Shown piece by piece: positions 1 to 7,418 of a DNA stretch of 44,968 bases. Every line of letters starts with the position of its first letter. The stretch's first letter is position 1. Origin of the DNA: a virus (taxonomy: Duplodnaviria > Caudoviricetes); the IMG/VR virus record IMGVR_UViG_3300048599_000066, positions 1 to 44,968 of that record. One strand, 5' to 3'. The position numbers were made by a program, and so were the translations under genes. The notes below the pieces were generated by a model. That model was not told the origin of the DNA. It saw only the letters and a list, made by a program, of their open reading frames with translations, and made no database searches.

Positions 1-200
1 TTGGCATCCGCGAGATTGGCACCCGCGAGATAGGCACGCGCGAGATTGGCATCCGCGAGATTGGCACCCGCCTTAAATGCCCATCGGACTGCCAAGCCAA
101 GCTTGATGGATGTCGGGGCATCGTCCGCGCATTCTATGGTTGCGGTGAACTGGACCGCTCCGGTGAACCTGTTGCGGACATCGAACTTGATGGCGGTCAT
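1..200 (-). CDS. Pentapeptide-repeat protein, N-terminal part (continues across the contig end into 44968..44501)
   Basis: ATG at 200 with AAGGAG RBS; translates MTAIKFDVRNRFTGAVQFTATIECADDAPTSIKLGLAVRWAFKAGANLADANLARAYLAGANLADA and runs off the edge in A(N/D/Y)LAx repeats. Confidence 0.85.
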   Translation of the reverse strand, partial: MTAIKFDVRNRFTGAVQFTATIECADDAPTSIKLGLAVRWAFKAGANLADANLARAYLAGANLADA

Positions 201-226
201 CTGGCGTTGTCTCCTTGGATGATTGG

Positions 227-255
227 AGACTAAACCAGACCGAAAATTCAGTCAA
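227..255 (-). promoter_or_regulatory. pL-like leftward promoter with overlapping repressor operator
   Basis: Minus strand TTGACT-17bp-TAGTCT upstream of the ATG at 200; operator CGAAAATTCAGTC at 241-253 lies in the spacer/-35. Confidence 0.7.
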
Positions 256-290
256 GCTAAATAATCAGTCCCGATGAAAATAAATTTGGG

Positions 291-317
291 CAACAAAAAA
301 CCCCGCCGAAACGGGGT
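291..317 (-). terminator. Intrinsic terminator of the cI operon
   Basis: Minus strand CCCCG-TTTCGG-CGGGG-TTTTTTG downstream of 339..506. Confidence 0.8.
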
Positions 318-338
318 CGGGCCGAGCACCGGGGCGCC

Positions 339-506
339 CTAGCGCGAGAAATAGATCATCATGAATACGACAGCGCAGCCACCCAATACCATCCCGATAT
401 GGCGAATTTCGCGCTCGGCCTTCTCGGCCAGCCCCCGAATGACCAAAAGTTGCGTTTCTATGGCTTCCAGCCGGTCGGCATGATCCTGGTAGTCGTCGTC
501 TGACAT
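339..506 (-). CDS. Small membrane protein co-transcribed with the repressor
   Basis: ATG overlaps the cI stop (TAATG); 55 aa with C-terminal hydrophobic helix IGMVLGGCAVVFMMIYF. Confidence 0.7.
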   Translation of the reverse strand: MSDDDYQDHADRLEAIETQLLVIRGLAEKAEREIRHIGMVLGGCAVVFMMIYFSR

Positions 507-895
507 TAGTCGCTTTCCTTGATCCCCCGGGCGAAGTCGGCCACCCGTTGCCTCTGGGGGGCCTTCAGGCCGTTCCAGATCGTCCAAAAGTCGCTGGACT
601 TGCCCGGGCGGGGGTCAACCCCGAAAAGCTCGCCTATGGTCACGCCAAGGGCATCGGCCAGTTTTGGCAGGCTATCCCTAGACCACCCGATTTCCCCGTT
701 TTCGATCCCCGATATGGTTCCATCGGACAGGCCGGATTCCTCGGCCAGCTTGGCGACCGTCCATGCCCGGGCAAGGCGGTGCTGCCTGATCCTTATGCCT
801 CCGGTTCCGAGCTGGTCGGGGTTCTCAACGTCCCGCGCCCCGGGCCTGGTCTTGTAGGGGCCGCGCGGCCCGGTTTTCCTGCCCTTTTTAGCCAT
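506..895 (-). CDS. cI: CI-like repressor (XRE/HTH_3)
   Basis: IRQHRLARAWTVAKLAEESGLSDGTISGIENG XRE HTH; divergent from a cro-like gene; no S24 peptidase domain visible. Confidence 0.85.
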   Translation of the reverse strand: MAKKGRKTGPRGPYKTRPGARDVENPDQLGTGGIRIRQHRLARAWTVAKLAEESGLSDGTISGIENGEIGWSRDSLPKLADALGVTIGELFGVDPRPGKSSDFWTIWNGLKAPQRQRVADFARGIKESD

Positions 896-980
896 GCTGA
901 ATTTTCGCAAGATTCGGTCCTCGCTTCCACGCCGCGAGGCTGAACTTTCGCTTGCATTGAAAATTCAGCCATGCTAATTG
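896..980. promoter_or_regulatory. OR operator cluster and pR promoter
   Basis: GCTGAATTTTCGC (896-908), GGCTGAACTTTCGC (from 938), TGAAAATTCAGCC (958-970) match the site at 241-253; TTGCAT-17bp-TAATTG at about 951-980 lies just before the cro ATG. Confidence 0.7.
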
Positions 981-989
981 TTCGGGTGC

Positions 990-1193
990 ATGACGCACCC
1001 GCTAGAGCAATGGCTGAGAAACGAACGGCTCGCAGGACACCGGGCAACCCGGCGGAAGCTAGCCAAGGAAGTCGGCTGTTCTCCTTCGCGGATTACGCAG
1101 ATCGCATACGGCGACACACCGTCTCTCGCACTGGCCGCCAAGCTCAGCGAGAAAACGGGAATCCCAATCAATGATTTTGTGAGGGCCGACTAA
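990..1193 (+). CDS. cro: Cro-like HTH regulator
   Basis: TRRKLAKEVGCSPSRITQIAYGDTPSLALAAKL HTH; first gene after pR, probably leaderless. Confidence 0.85.
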   Translation: MTHPLEQWLRNERLAGHRATRRKLAKEVGCSPSRITQIAYGDTPSLALAAKLSEKTGIPINDFVRAD

Positions 1194-1417
1194 TGCTCGG
1201 TTCGCTCGCCCCGCAATGGCCCAAGGATTTTCACAAAGGCCGTGCGCGTCGCCAAGTATTCGACGGGCCATACGGCTGTGTAAACCGGCTCCAGGTATTG
1301 CCCGCGCACGACGCAGGCGTACAGCCGAACGCAAGACGTCCCGACCCGCTCCACCTTTCCGATATGCGTCACGAAGAAATCTTGGACGGGCATTTCGAGC
1401 ATTTGCAATTCCGGCAT
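1190..1417 (-). CDS. Hypothetical protein antisense to the early right operon
   Basis: GGAGG RBS before ATG 1417; 75 aa MPELQMLEMPVQDFFVTHIGKVERVG...; converges on the cro stop. Confidence 0.6.
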   Translation of the reverse strand: MPELQMLEMPVQDFFVTHIGKVERVGTSCVRLYACVVRGQYLEPVYTAVWPVEYLATRTAFVKILGPLRGERTEH

Positions 1418-1560
1418 TCCGAAACCTCCCCATTTTTTTTGATGGGGAATAAGTTGCGCTCCGCAGCAGAGTTCCACAACGGAAAATTGCACGTAGCCAG
1501 CTTGCATGGTTACGGAATCGCAAAGACATCGCCGCGCATTTTCCAGATCGGGGTGCGCGC

Positions 1561-1665
1561 ATGACGATCCTCTTGATCATCGGCGGCATCTGCTTCTTTA
1601 GCATGGCCATCATTCTGTATCTGGCCCACATCGCGCCGGAAATGGATTTCGATGACGACGAGTAA
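1561..1665 (+). CDS. Small membrane protein (34 aa)
   Basis: MTILLIIGGICFFSMAIILYLAHIAPEMDFDDDE; GGGG RBS-like. Confidence 0.55.
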   Translation: MTILLIIGGICFFSMAIILYLAHIAPEMDFDDDE

Positions 1666-1779
1666 TTCCAATTCGGCGGTTATTCAGTCTCCCCGCCGGA
1701 TACGGCAGGCCGGGCGGGGTTGCCAGCTCCGTCCGGCCGATCCTTTCCCGTGTGGCCATCCCTCCCGGCCGCGCCAACT

Positions 1780-1808
1780 CGCGAGCGCCAATGCTCGCGC
1801 TTTTATTC
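1780..1808 (+). terminator. tR1-like terminator
   Basis: CGCGAGC-GCCAAT-GCTCGCG-CTTTTATT. Confidence 0.5.
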
Positions 1809-1819
1809 ATGAGGCGAGC

Positions 1820-2428
1820 ATGAGCGACAATCTTGGGTTCGTTCCGTTCAGCAAGATCGCGCGGCTTTCGCGCGAAATCATTGTCACTGAAAAGATCGAC
1901 GGGACGAACGCGCAAATCCTCATTGGGAATCCTGGCCTCATCCCGGATGAGGGGGGGCAAGCCATCGCTCAGATCGAGACTGAGCATGGGCCGGTTTCTG
2001 TTTTCGCCGGCTCGCGTTCCCGTTGGCTCCAACCCACCAAGGGCGCCGATAACTTCGGATTCGCGGCTTGGGTTCGCGACAATCTGGAAGAACTCGCGAA
2101 GCTTGGGCCGGGCCGACACTACGGCGAATGGTGGGGTCTCGGGATTCAATCCGGTTATGCCCAGACGCGCAAGCGGTTCTCGCTTTTCAATGTTGAGCGG
2201 TGGGCAGATGAGCGCCCGGCATGTTGCGATGTTGTCCCGCTGATGTATCGAGGCGAGTTTGACATTAACGAGATTGATGGCTGTCTTGCTCGCCTCGCGG
2301 AACACGGGTCGCTTGCGGCTCCAGGCTTCATGAAGCCTGAGGGCGTTATCGTTTTCCACACCGCCTCCCGGCAACTTTTCAAGAAAACCATCCACAAGGA
2401 TTCCGAGCCCAAGTCGGCTGCGGCTTAA
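1820..2428 (+). CDS. ATP-dependent RNA ligase (Rnl2-like nucleotidyltransferase)
   Basis: Motif I TEKIDGTN, YGEWWGLGIQ, FSLFNV, PEGVIV; GAGG RBS. Confidence 0.85.
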   Translation: MSDNLGFVPFSKIARLSREIIVTEKIDGTNAQILIGNPGLIPDEGGQAIAQIETEHGPVSVFAGSRSRWLQPTKGADNFGFAAWVRDNLEELAKLGPGRHYGEWWGLGIQSGYAQTRKRFSLFNVERWADERPACCDVVPLMYRGEFDINEIDGCLARLAEHGSLAAPGFMKPEGVIVFHTASRQLFKKTIHKDSEPKSAAA

Positions 2429-2443
2429 TTCAGGGAGGCGAGC

Positions 2444-2605
2444 ATGAGAACGGTTGTCGCGATTGCTGTTTTTCTGAACTTCGTCGCCGCCGCGCTCAAT
2501 GGCTACGGCGTGATGTTCCTCGAATGGGGGACGACGAACGCGTTTCTCGGCGGTGCCGCACTCTCTGCGGGCGCTTTCACATTGATCGATTTGGCTCGCG
2601 ACTAA
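2444..2605 (+). CDS. Small two-TM membrane protein
   Basis: GGAGG RBS; MRTVVAIAVFLNFVAAALNGYGVMFLEWGTTNAFLGGAALSAGAFTLIDLARD. Confidence 0.65.
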   Translation: MRTVVAIAVFLNFVAAALNGYGVMFLEWGTTNAFLGGAALSAGAFTLIDLARD

Positions 2606-2707
2606 ACGCAAGTTGCTGCTTCCGGCGTTCGAGCGCCGGACCAGCGGAGTAGCAAGAGTCTCAGGAAGTAGCCTCAGCATGGGATCAATCAACCATGCGA
2701 GGTTTCC

Positions 2708-3070
2708 ATGAAGTCGGAAAAGGTTTCCAAAGTGCGTGAACTGGTAATGGCAGTGGCGGGACCGAAGACAGTCAACGATACGCGGGAGACGTGGTTGCGT
2801 CGTGCCGCGCGGCTGGCTGGCACGTCCTATCGTCAGGCCAAGGCGCTTTTCTACTGCGAGATTGAAGACCCTCACCACCCAACGGTCACGAAATTCAAGG
2901 AAGCGGCTGGCAAACATGAAGCCCGACTTATGGCTGAACAATTCGAGCGCATGGCTGTCTCGCTCAACCAGAGGGATTCGGATTTCCATTGCCAGGACAT
3001 CGCTGCGCTTCTCAGCGCGGCTCGCGCGCTTCGCGGTCTGGATCGCGCCAGAGATAACCGAGACGACTAA
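2708..3070 (+). CDS. Hypothetical HTH regulator (CII-like position)
   Basis: WLRRAARLAGTSYRQAKALFY helix-turn-helix-like; position after cro. Confidence 0.6.
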   Translation: MKSEKVSKVRELVMAVAGPKTVNDTRETWLRRAARLAGTSYRQAKALFYCEIEDPHHPTVTKFKEAAGKHEARLMAEQFERMAVSLNQRDSDFHCQDIAALLSAARALRGLDRARDNRDD

Positions 3071-3105
3071 CGGCGGCTGAGGGGCCGCAAGCACGAGGGG
3101 CAGCA

Positions 3106-3693
3106 ATGAACTTCCATTCGTCCAGAGACGACATGGTTCGCGCCGCGCGGGCGGTAGCCAAGTCGCAAAGAGAAATGGCTGCGCTGATCGGCATTAGCCA
3201 CGGCCGGGCTGTCAATTACTGGATCAACAAGCTCGGGTTGCCAAAGTTCGGGCGATACCGCCACCACTCCCCGGAGACTATCGAGAAAATCAAGTCGTTA
3301 TTTGCGGGCGGGACCTCGATTGGCCGGATTTCAACCGAGATGGGGCTCACGCGCAATCAGGTGGCGGGGGTTCTGGACCGCGCCAATATGTTCACGCACC
3401 GGGAACGCGGGAAAAAGAAAGAGAAGATCAGGGTTAGAACGCGGCCTTTTATCGTGCCGGGGCCGAAGCAATTCCACGCTGTAAAATTCAAACAGCGATC
3501 CGCGCCCGTCGAGCCGTTGCATATCCCGTTTCTGGAATTGGAACGGGATCATTGCCGCCAGCCTTACGGCGACGACCCAAGCACCATGACGTTCTGCGGT
3601 CATCCCAAGACTGTCGGCTCCTATTGCGCGCAACACGCCGCGATCAATTATATGCCGCCGCAAGCCCGCAATCGCAATGCGAGGCCGCGATGA
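3106..3693 (+). CDS. gcrA: GcrA-family cell-cycle regulator homolog
   Basis: SIGRISTEMGLTRNQVAGVLDR HTH plus C-terminal LELERDHCRQPYGDDP..FCGHP..YCAQHA typical of GcrA; extra N-terminal HTH. Confidence 0.85.
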   Translation: MNFHSSRDDMVRAARAVAKSQREMAALIGISHGRAVNYWINKLGLPKFGRYRHHSPETIEKIKSLFAGGTSIGRISTEMGLTRNQVAGVLDRANMFTHRERGKKKEKIRVRTRPFIVPGPKQFHAVKFKQRSAPVEPLHIPFLELERDHCRQPYGDDPSTMTFCGHPKTVGSYCAQHAAINYMPPQARNRNARPR

Positions 3694-4118
3694 GGGCTGA
3701 CCCGTTACTGGAGCGATTGATCCGGCACCATCGGCCGGCGCCTCAATGGCGATACGAACCGAAGTCCTTCAATCGGCGGATCACCGGGATGCTCGGGTTC
3801 GAGCCGTGGGAGAACGGGATCATCTACGACCCGTCGCCGCAGGAGATCATCGCGGCGGTGACGGATTATTATCAACTTCCCAGCGGCCATCTGGTTTCGC
3901 GCGTTCGAACAAAACTCGTCAGCCGGGCGCGCATCGTTGCGCTGTATCTATGCCGACGATTGACCAGCCTACAAAACACCGAGATTGCCGCTGCGTTCAA
4001 CCGCGAGCGGACTTCGGTCTGGTACGCCTATCAGACAATCACAGAGATGAAACAAACCGACGCCGCGTTGGGCCGCGACATCTGGAATCTTCAAAGCATG
4101 TTTGGGAGGCTGAACTGA
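3690..4118 (+). CDS. DnaA C-terminal (domain IV) DNA-binding domain protein
   Basis: IIAAVTDYYQLPSGHLVSRVRTKLVSRARIVALYLCRRLTSLQNTEIAAAFNRERTSVWYA matches the Bac_DnaA_C pattern; ATGA overlap. Confidence 0.85.
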   Translation: MRADPLLERLIRHHRPAPQWRYEPKSFNRRITGMLGFEPWENGIIYDPSPQEIIAAVTDYYQLPSGHLVSRVRTKLVSRARIVALYLCRRLTSLQNTEIAAAFNRERTSVWYAYQTITEMKQTDAALGRDIWNLQSMFGRLN

Positions 4119-4453
4119 TGGAGATTCACCGCTGCCCTTGCTGCGGGTCGGACGTGTCGAATCGCGACCGCCCCTATGTGTCGCTTGAGACAAATCGGAT
4201 GATGGCGGGGGCTGAGATAATTCAACTCTCCCCAACGCAGGCTGAAATTATCTATTCGCTTGCGGAGGCAATGCCGCTTCCCCTCGCGCATGAGAGGCTA
4301 TTCGCAAAACTTTGGGGCCAAAATCCCATCGGCAATCCCGAAGTAACGCTGCGGGTGATCGTCACCAAATTGCGAAAGAAGATCAAGCCAGCCGGCATGA
4401 ATATCAAATCGGTGTGGGGCGTTGGATATGCTCTGGAATATGGGGGCGCATAG
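4118..4453 (+). CDS. OmpR/CtrA-like winged-helix protein without a receiver domain
   Basis: CPCC N-terminus, then LSPTQAEII..LW..TLRVIVTKLRKKI..IKSVWGVGYAL (Trans_reg_C). Confidence 0.8.
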   Translation: MEIHRCPCCGSDVSNRDRPYVSLETNRMMAGAEIIQLSPTQAEIIYSLAEAMPLPLAHERLFAKLWGQNPIGNPEVTLRVIVTKLRKKIKPAGMNIKSVWGVGYALEYGGA

Positions 4454-4890
4454 TGGTTGTCCTTGATCTGCCGTTTCCGCCGTCTGCAAACAGGCTGACC
4501 CGTCACACGGCGAGGGGCGGGAAACTCGGTAGCTATCCCGATCCAGATTACGAGGCGTGGAAAGACGAGGCCGGCAAAGAATACTTGCGTCAAAAGAAAT
4601 TCGCAGGCGAGCCGATCAAGGGTTTCTTCAGCTATCACATATCGCTCGACAAAACCCGATGGCCGAAAGCCTCGGACGGGGACAACCGGGGCAAGGCTGT
4701 TCTGGATTTCCTTCAGTCGGTCGGCCTCATCGAAAACGACAAATACGCAGTAGCGGGGAGCTGGTCATGGGGGCCTGTGAACGGGTGCCTTGTCCAGATT
4801 CATCCGGTGACAAACACAGAATTAGAACGGGGACGTTCCGCTACGTCGAATGGTCGCAAGTCCAAAGCCTCATTGATAGCGGCTGGATAG
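4453..4890 (+). CDS. rusA: RusA-like Holliday junction resolvase
   Basis: LPFPPSAN start, DGDNRGKAVLDFL and ENDK motifs. Confidence 0.8.
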   Translation: MVVLDLPFPPSANRLTRHTARGGKLGSYPDPDYEAWKDEAGKEYLRQKKFAGEPIKGFFSYHISLDKTRWPKASDGDNRGKAVLDFLQSVGLIENDKYAVAGSWSWGPVNGCLVQIHPVTNTELERGRSATSNGRKSKASLIAAG

Positions 4891-5051
4891 TGGGTGTCCC
4901 GGCAAGTGAGTGGTCGTGCGTAATGTGGGCCTGTGAATGCAATCCCGAGGGGGATGTTCATGGAATCCGAGGAACAACTGATCAAGCGGGTAGGAAAGAA
5001 GATGTTCGGGGACAATGTGGAGTTCTCCCCTCAGGTCATGGAACTGATTAA
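4768..5051 (+). CDS. Possible small hypothetical protein overlapping the rusA 3' end
   Basis: RTGTFRYVEWSQVQSLIDSGW..EWSCVMWACEC looks protein-like; start uncertain. Confidence 0.35.
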
Positions 5052-5124
5052 GCCGATATTCCGAAGGATGATGAAGGATTTGGGACAATTACCAGATGAA
5101 CAAGTCGAATCATCCGACTGGTGA
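4960..5124 (+). CDS. Hypothetical protein
   Basis: GAGGGG RBS; MESEEQLIKRVGKKMFGDNVEFSPQ... Confidence 0.55.
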   Translation: MESEEQLIKRVGKKMFGDNVEFSPQVMELIKPIFRRMMKDLGQLPDEQVESSDW

Positions 5125-5145
5125 TCCTGACACGGAGCGAGCTGC

Positions 5146-5856
5146 ATGAACGAATGTCTCGACGCTGCGCTGAGCGAGCTTCGTGCCGCTGGCATCGAAC
5201 CTGATGTGTCGCCCGGTGGGAAGCATATCCGCATCACATGGGATCATAACGGGGCATCACGCCTGTTTGTCGTACCGCTCACGTCCTCCGACTGGAGGGC
5301 GCCGATGAATTGCCGGTCGGACGTGCGCAAAATCCTGAAAGACGATGGCCTGATCGGAAACGAGGTAGCGCCAGTCGAGCGACCGGCAATCGCCCTTCGT
5401 GACGGCGGCGCGCGGGTGTCGTCGGTCGATATCGCAAGGCACTTCGGCAAGGCGCACAAGGACGTTCTGCGGGCGGTGGATCGGATATTGGAAGACACGG
5501 GCGAGTTTGGAGGGCGCAATTTTACGCCCTCCTCGTATCTCACTGATCAATCTAAGGAATTGCGCGCGTTCGACATCACGAGGGATGGTTTCTCTCTGCT
5601 GGTCATGGGCTTTACCGGGTCCGATGCGATGCGCTGGAAGCTTCTCTATATCGAGGCGTTCAACGCAATGGAGGCCGAGATCACCGCGTCGCGCGCGCCG
5701 CTTGATCGTCGGCTGACGAAAATGGAGGAAAACCTGGATGCCCTGACATCGCTGTTTTTCGACGATTTGGCGCCGCCACGAATTATCCGCAGCGCGGGCT
5801 TCGTCCGCATCAAGCCGTGCATTCGTGAAAAGTGGCTGGCTGGGGGTGCGGCTTAA
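5146..5856 (+). CDS. rha: Rha-family phage regulatory protein
   Basis: SSVDIARHFGKAHKDVLRAV..NFTPSSY..ITRDGFSLLVMGFTG..WKLLYIEAFNAME; extra N-terminal GGKHIRI (HicA-like) domain. Confidence 0.9.
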   Translation: MNECLDAALSELRAAGIEPDVSPGGKHIRITWDHNGASRLFVVPLTSSDWRAPMNCRSDVRKILKDDGLIGNEVAPVERPAIALRDGGARVSSVDIARHFGKAHKDVLRAVDRILEDTGEFGGRNFTPSSYLTDQSKELRAFDITRDGFSLLVMGFTGSDAMRWKLLYIEAFNAMEAEITASRAPLDRRLTKMEENLDALTSLFFDDLAPPRIIRSAGFVRIKPCIREKWLAGGAA

Positions 5857-6686
5857 TGGCTCGCATCCGTTCGATCAAACCCGACTTTTTCCGGCACGCC
5901 GAGCTCTATGACGCCGAGCGCAAGGCAAAGTTGCCACTACGCATCGCATTCGCTGGCCTATGGACGGCCGCAGACCGCGAAGGGCGGTTTAAGTGGGAGC
6001 CGCGCGCCCTCAAGCTCGATTGCCTGCCGTTTGATGACGTGGATTTCTCAAAGGTGCTGGATGCCCTGTGGGAACACGGGTTCATTGTCAAATACGTAGT
6101 CGACGGCGTGACCTATGGGTGTGTCCCGTCATGGAAATCGCACCAGTATGTGAATGCACGTGAGACGCCATCCAAAATCCCCGAGCCGTCAGAGGATTGC
6201 ACGTGCATGCACGTGCATGCACCGGATGGAAGGGAAGGGAAGGGAAGGGAAGGGAAGGGAACGGATATATCGACGCGTGACGCGTCGGTCGATGCGGATT
6301 TTGAGAATTTCAAGAAGGAATACCCCAAACGAGGGGCATCAAACCCTTGGCAGCCTGCTTTGCAGCTTTTCAGAAAGGCCGTGAAGGACGGCACTGACCC
6401 ACCCGCAATCATTTCGGCGGCCGCTTCCTACCGGCACGAATGCGAGAAAAACAACATCGTCAACACCGACAAGGTTGCTCAGGCCCAAACATGGCTGCGG
6501 CAGGAGCGTTTCCGGGATTACAAACCAGTCGCGCCAGTTGAGACAATACCGGGGGAGTTTCTTGTGAAACGATTCAGCCAAGATCAAACATGGCGCGCGG
6601 AATACGGCCCCGAACCCGGAAAGCCCGGCTGTCGAGCATCACCGGAAGTCCTTGCTAAATACGGCTATGAACCGAGGGCGGCATAA
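5856..6686 (+). CDS. Phage replication initiator (O-like)
   Basis: MARIRSIKPDFF N-terminus, internal repeats, FENFKKEYPKR and AQTWLRQERFRD C-terminal motifs. Confidence 0.8.
   Translation: MARIRSIKPDFFRHAELYDAERKAKLPLRIAFAGLWTAADREGRFKWEPRALKLDCLPFDDVDFSKVLDALWEHGFIVKYVVDGVTYGCVPSWKSHQYVNARETPSKIPEPSEDCTCMHVHAPDGREGKGREGKGTDISTRDASVDADFENFKKEYPKRGASNPWQPALQLFRKAVKDGTDPPAIISAAASYRHECEKNNIVNTDKVAQAQTWLRQERFRDYKPVAPVETIPGEFLVKRFSQDQTWRAEYGPEPGKPGCRASPEVLAKYGYEPRAA
6155..6290. repeat. Putative replication origin within the initiator gene
   Basis: Palindrome TGCACGTGCATGCACGTGCA (6198-6217), (GGAAG)x6 plus GGAA (6228-6261), CGACGCGTGACGCGTCG (6271-6287). Confidence 0.65.
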
Positions 6687-7214
6687 TTGCTCAAGAAACG
6701 CAAGGTTGAACCAACAGAACCGCTCCATGATCGGAGGTCCATTGACCTTCTCGCGAATGCACGGGTTGCGCTCGCGGTCGTGGATGATCCACTGGAGCCG
6801 GGGGCCAAGCTCCAGGTGTTTCGGTCAACCCGCGATGACGTGTTGGCTGAGATGCTTTCGCGCCGGGAAATCGACCAAGCGCAATACGACGCGGGGCGGC
6901 TATACGAGAAATTCGCAGAGCAAGCCGAGATCGGGAATGTCCAAGCCATCGATCCCGGCAAGGAGGCCGTGGATGGGGGTAGGGGGTATGAGGGCATCAC
7001 TGATGCGCAAATAGACGCCGTGCGGCGGCTATCTGAGGCCGCGCGGGTGCTTGGAATGAGGGGCGAGGGGCTGGTTCGATTCGTGCTGATTAGCAGGCGG
7101 CCGTTCTCGGCGCTTGGGTTGGACCGCCGGCAGACGGACAGGGCGCGGACCAAGTTTTTCACCTATCTGGAAATCCTGGCGCAGTTTTGGGGCTGCGCAA
7201 CCCATACCCGGTAG
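6687..7214 (+). CDS. Putative late-gene regulator/antiterminator (Q position)
   Basis: Last early gene, directly before a promoter-terminator unit; LAEMLSRREIDQAQYDAG motif and C-terminal HTH-like segment; TTG start. Confidence 0.6.
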   Translation: MLKKRKVEPTEPLHDRRSIDLLANARVALAVVDDPLEPGAKLQVFRSTRDDVLAEMLSRREIDQAQYDAGRLYEKFAEQAEIGNVQAIDPGKEAVDGGRGYEGITDAQIDAVRRLSEAARVLGMRGEGLVRFVLISRRPFSALGLDRRQTDRARTKFFTYLEILAQFWGCATHTR

Positions 7215-7220
7215 GGGTAC

Positions 7221-7250
7221 TTGACAAGTGTACCACTGATATGGTACATT
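7221..7250 (+). promoter_or_regulatory. Late promoter (pR'-like) with overlapping inverted repeats
   Basis: TTGACA-18bp-TACATT; palindromes ACTTG-A-CAAGT and GTACCA-N6-TGGTAC overlap it. Confidence 0.65.
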
Positions 7251-7269
7251 CTTGCCATAGTGCCGAATT

Positions 7270-7400
7270 GCGGATTAGACCAGTCCGCTCCAAGTACGGG
7301 TAACGACGCGCTGCGTCGTGGCAGGAGACCGGATAGCGGTGCACCGCGAAGCCGGAGAGCGAACTAAGCCCCGAACGCTTTGAGCCGGGGATGCCCGTAG
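7270..7400 (+). ncRNA. Candidate structured RNA with H-type pseudoknot in the late leader
   Basis: Closing helix 7295-7302/7392-7399; hairpins 7303-7319 and 7329-7355; crossing helices 7356-7361/7376-7381 and 7369-7373/7386-7390. Confidence 0.55.
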
Positions 7401-7418
7401 TTCTTTCTTGTAGGGAAA

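Noticed and set aside
1610-3106. Long minus-strand ORFs (also 13830..15086, 33468..34955, 11337..12242)
   Set aside because: Shadow ORFs antisense to well-supported genes in GC-rich DNA
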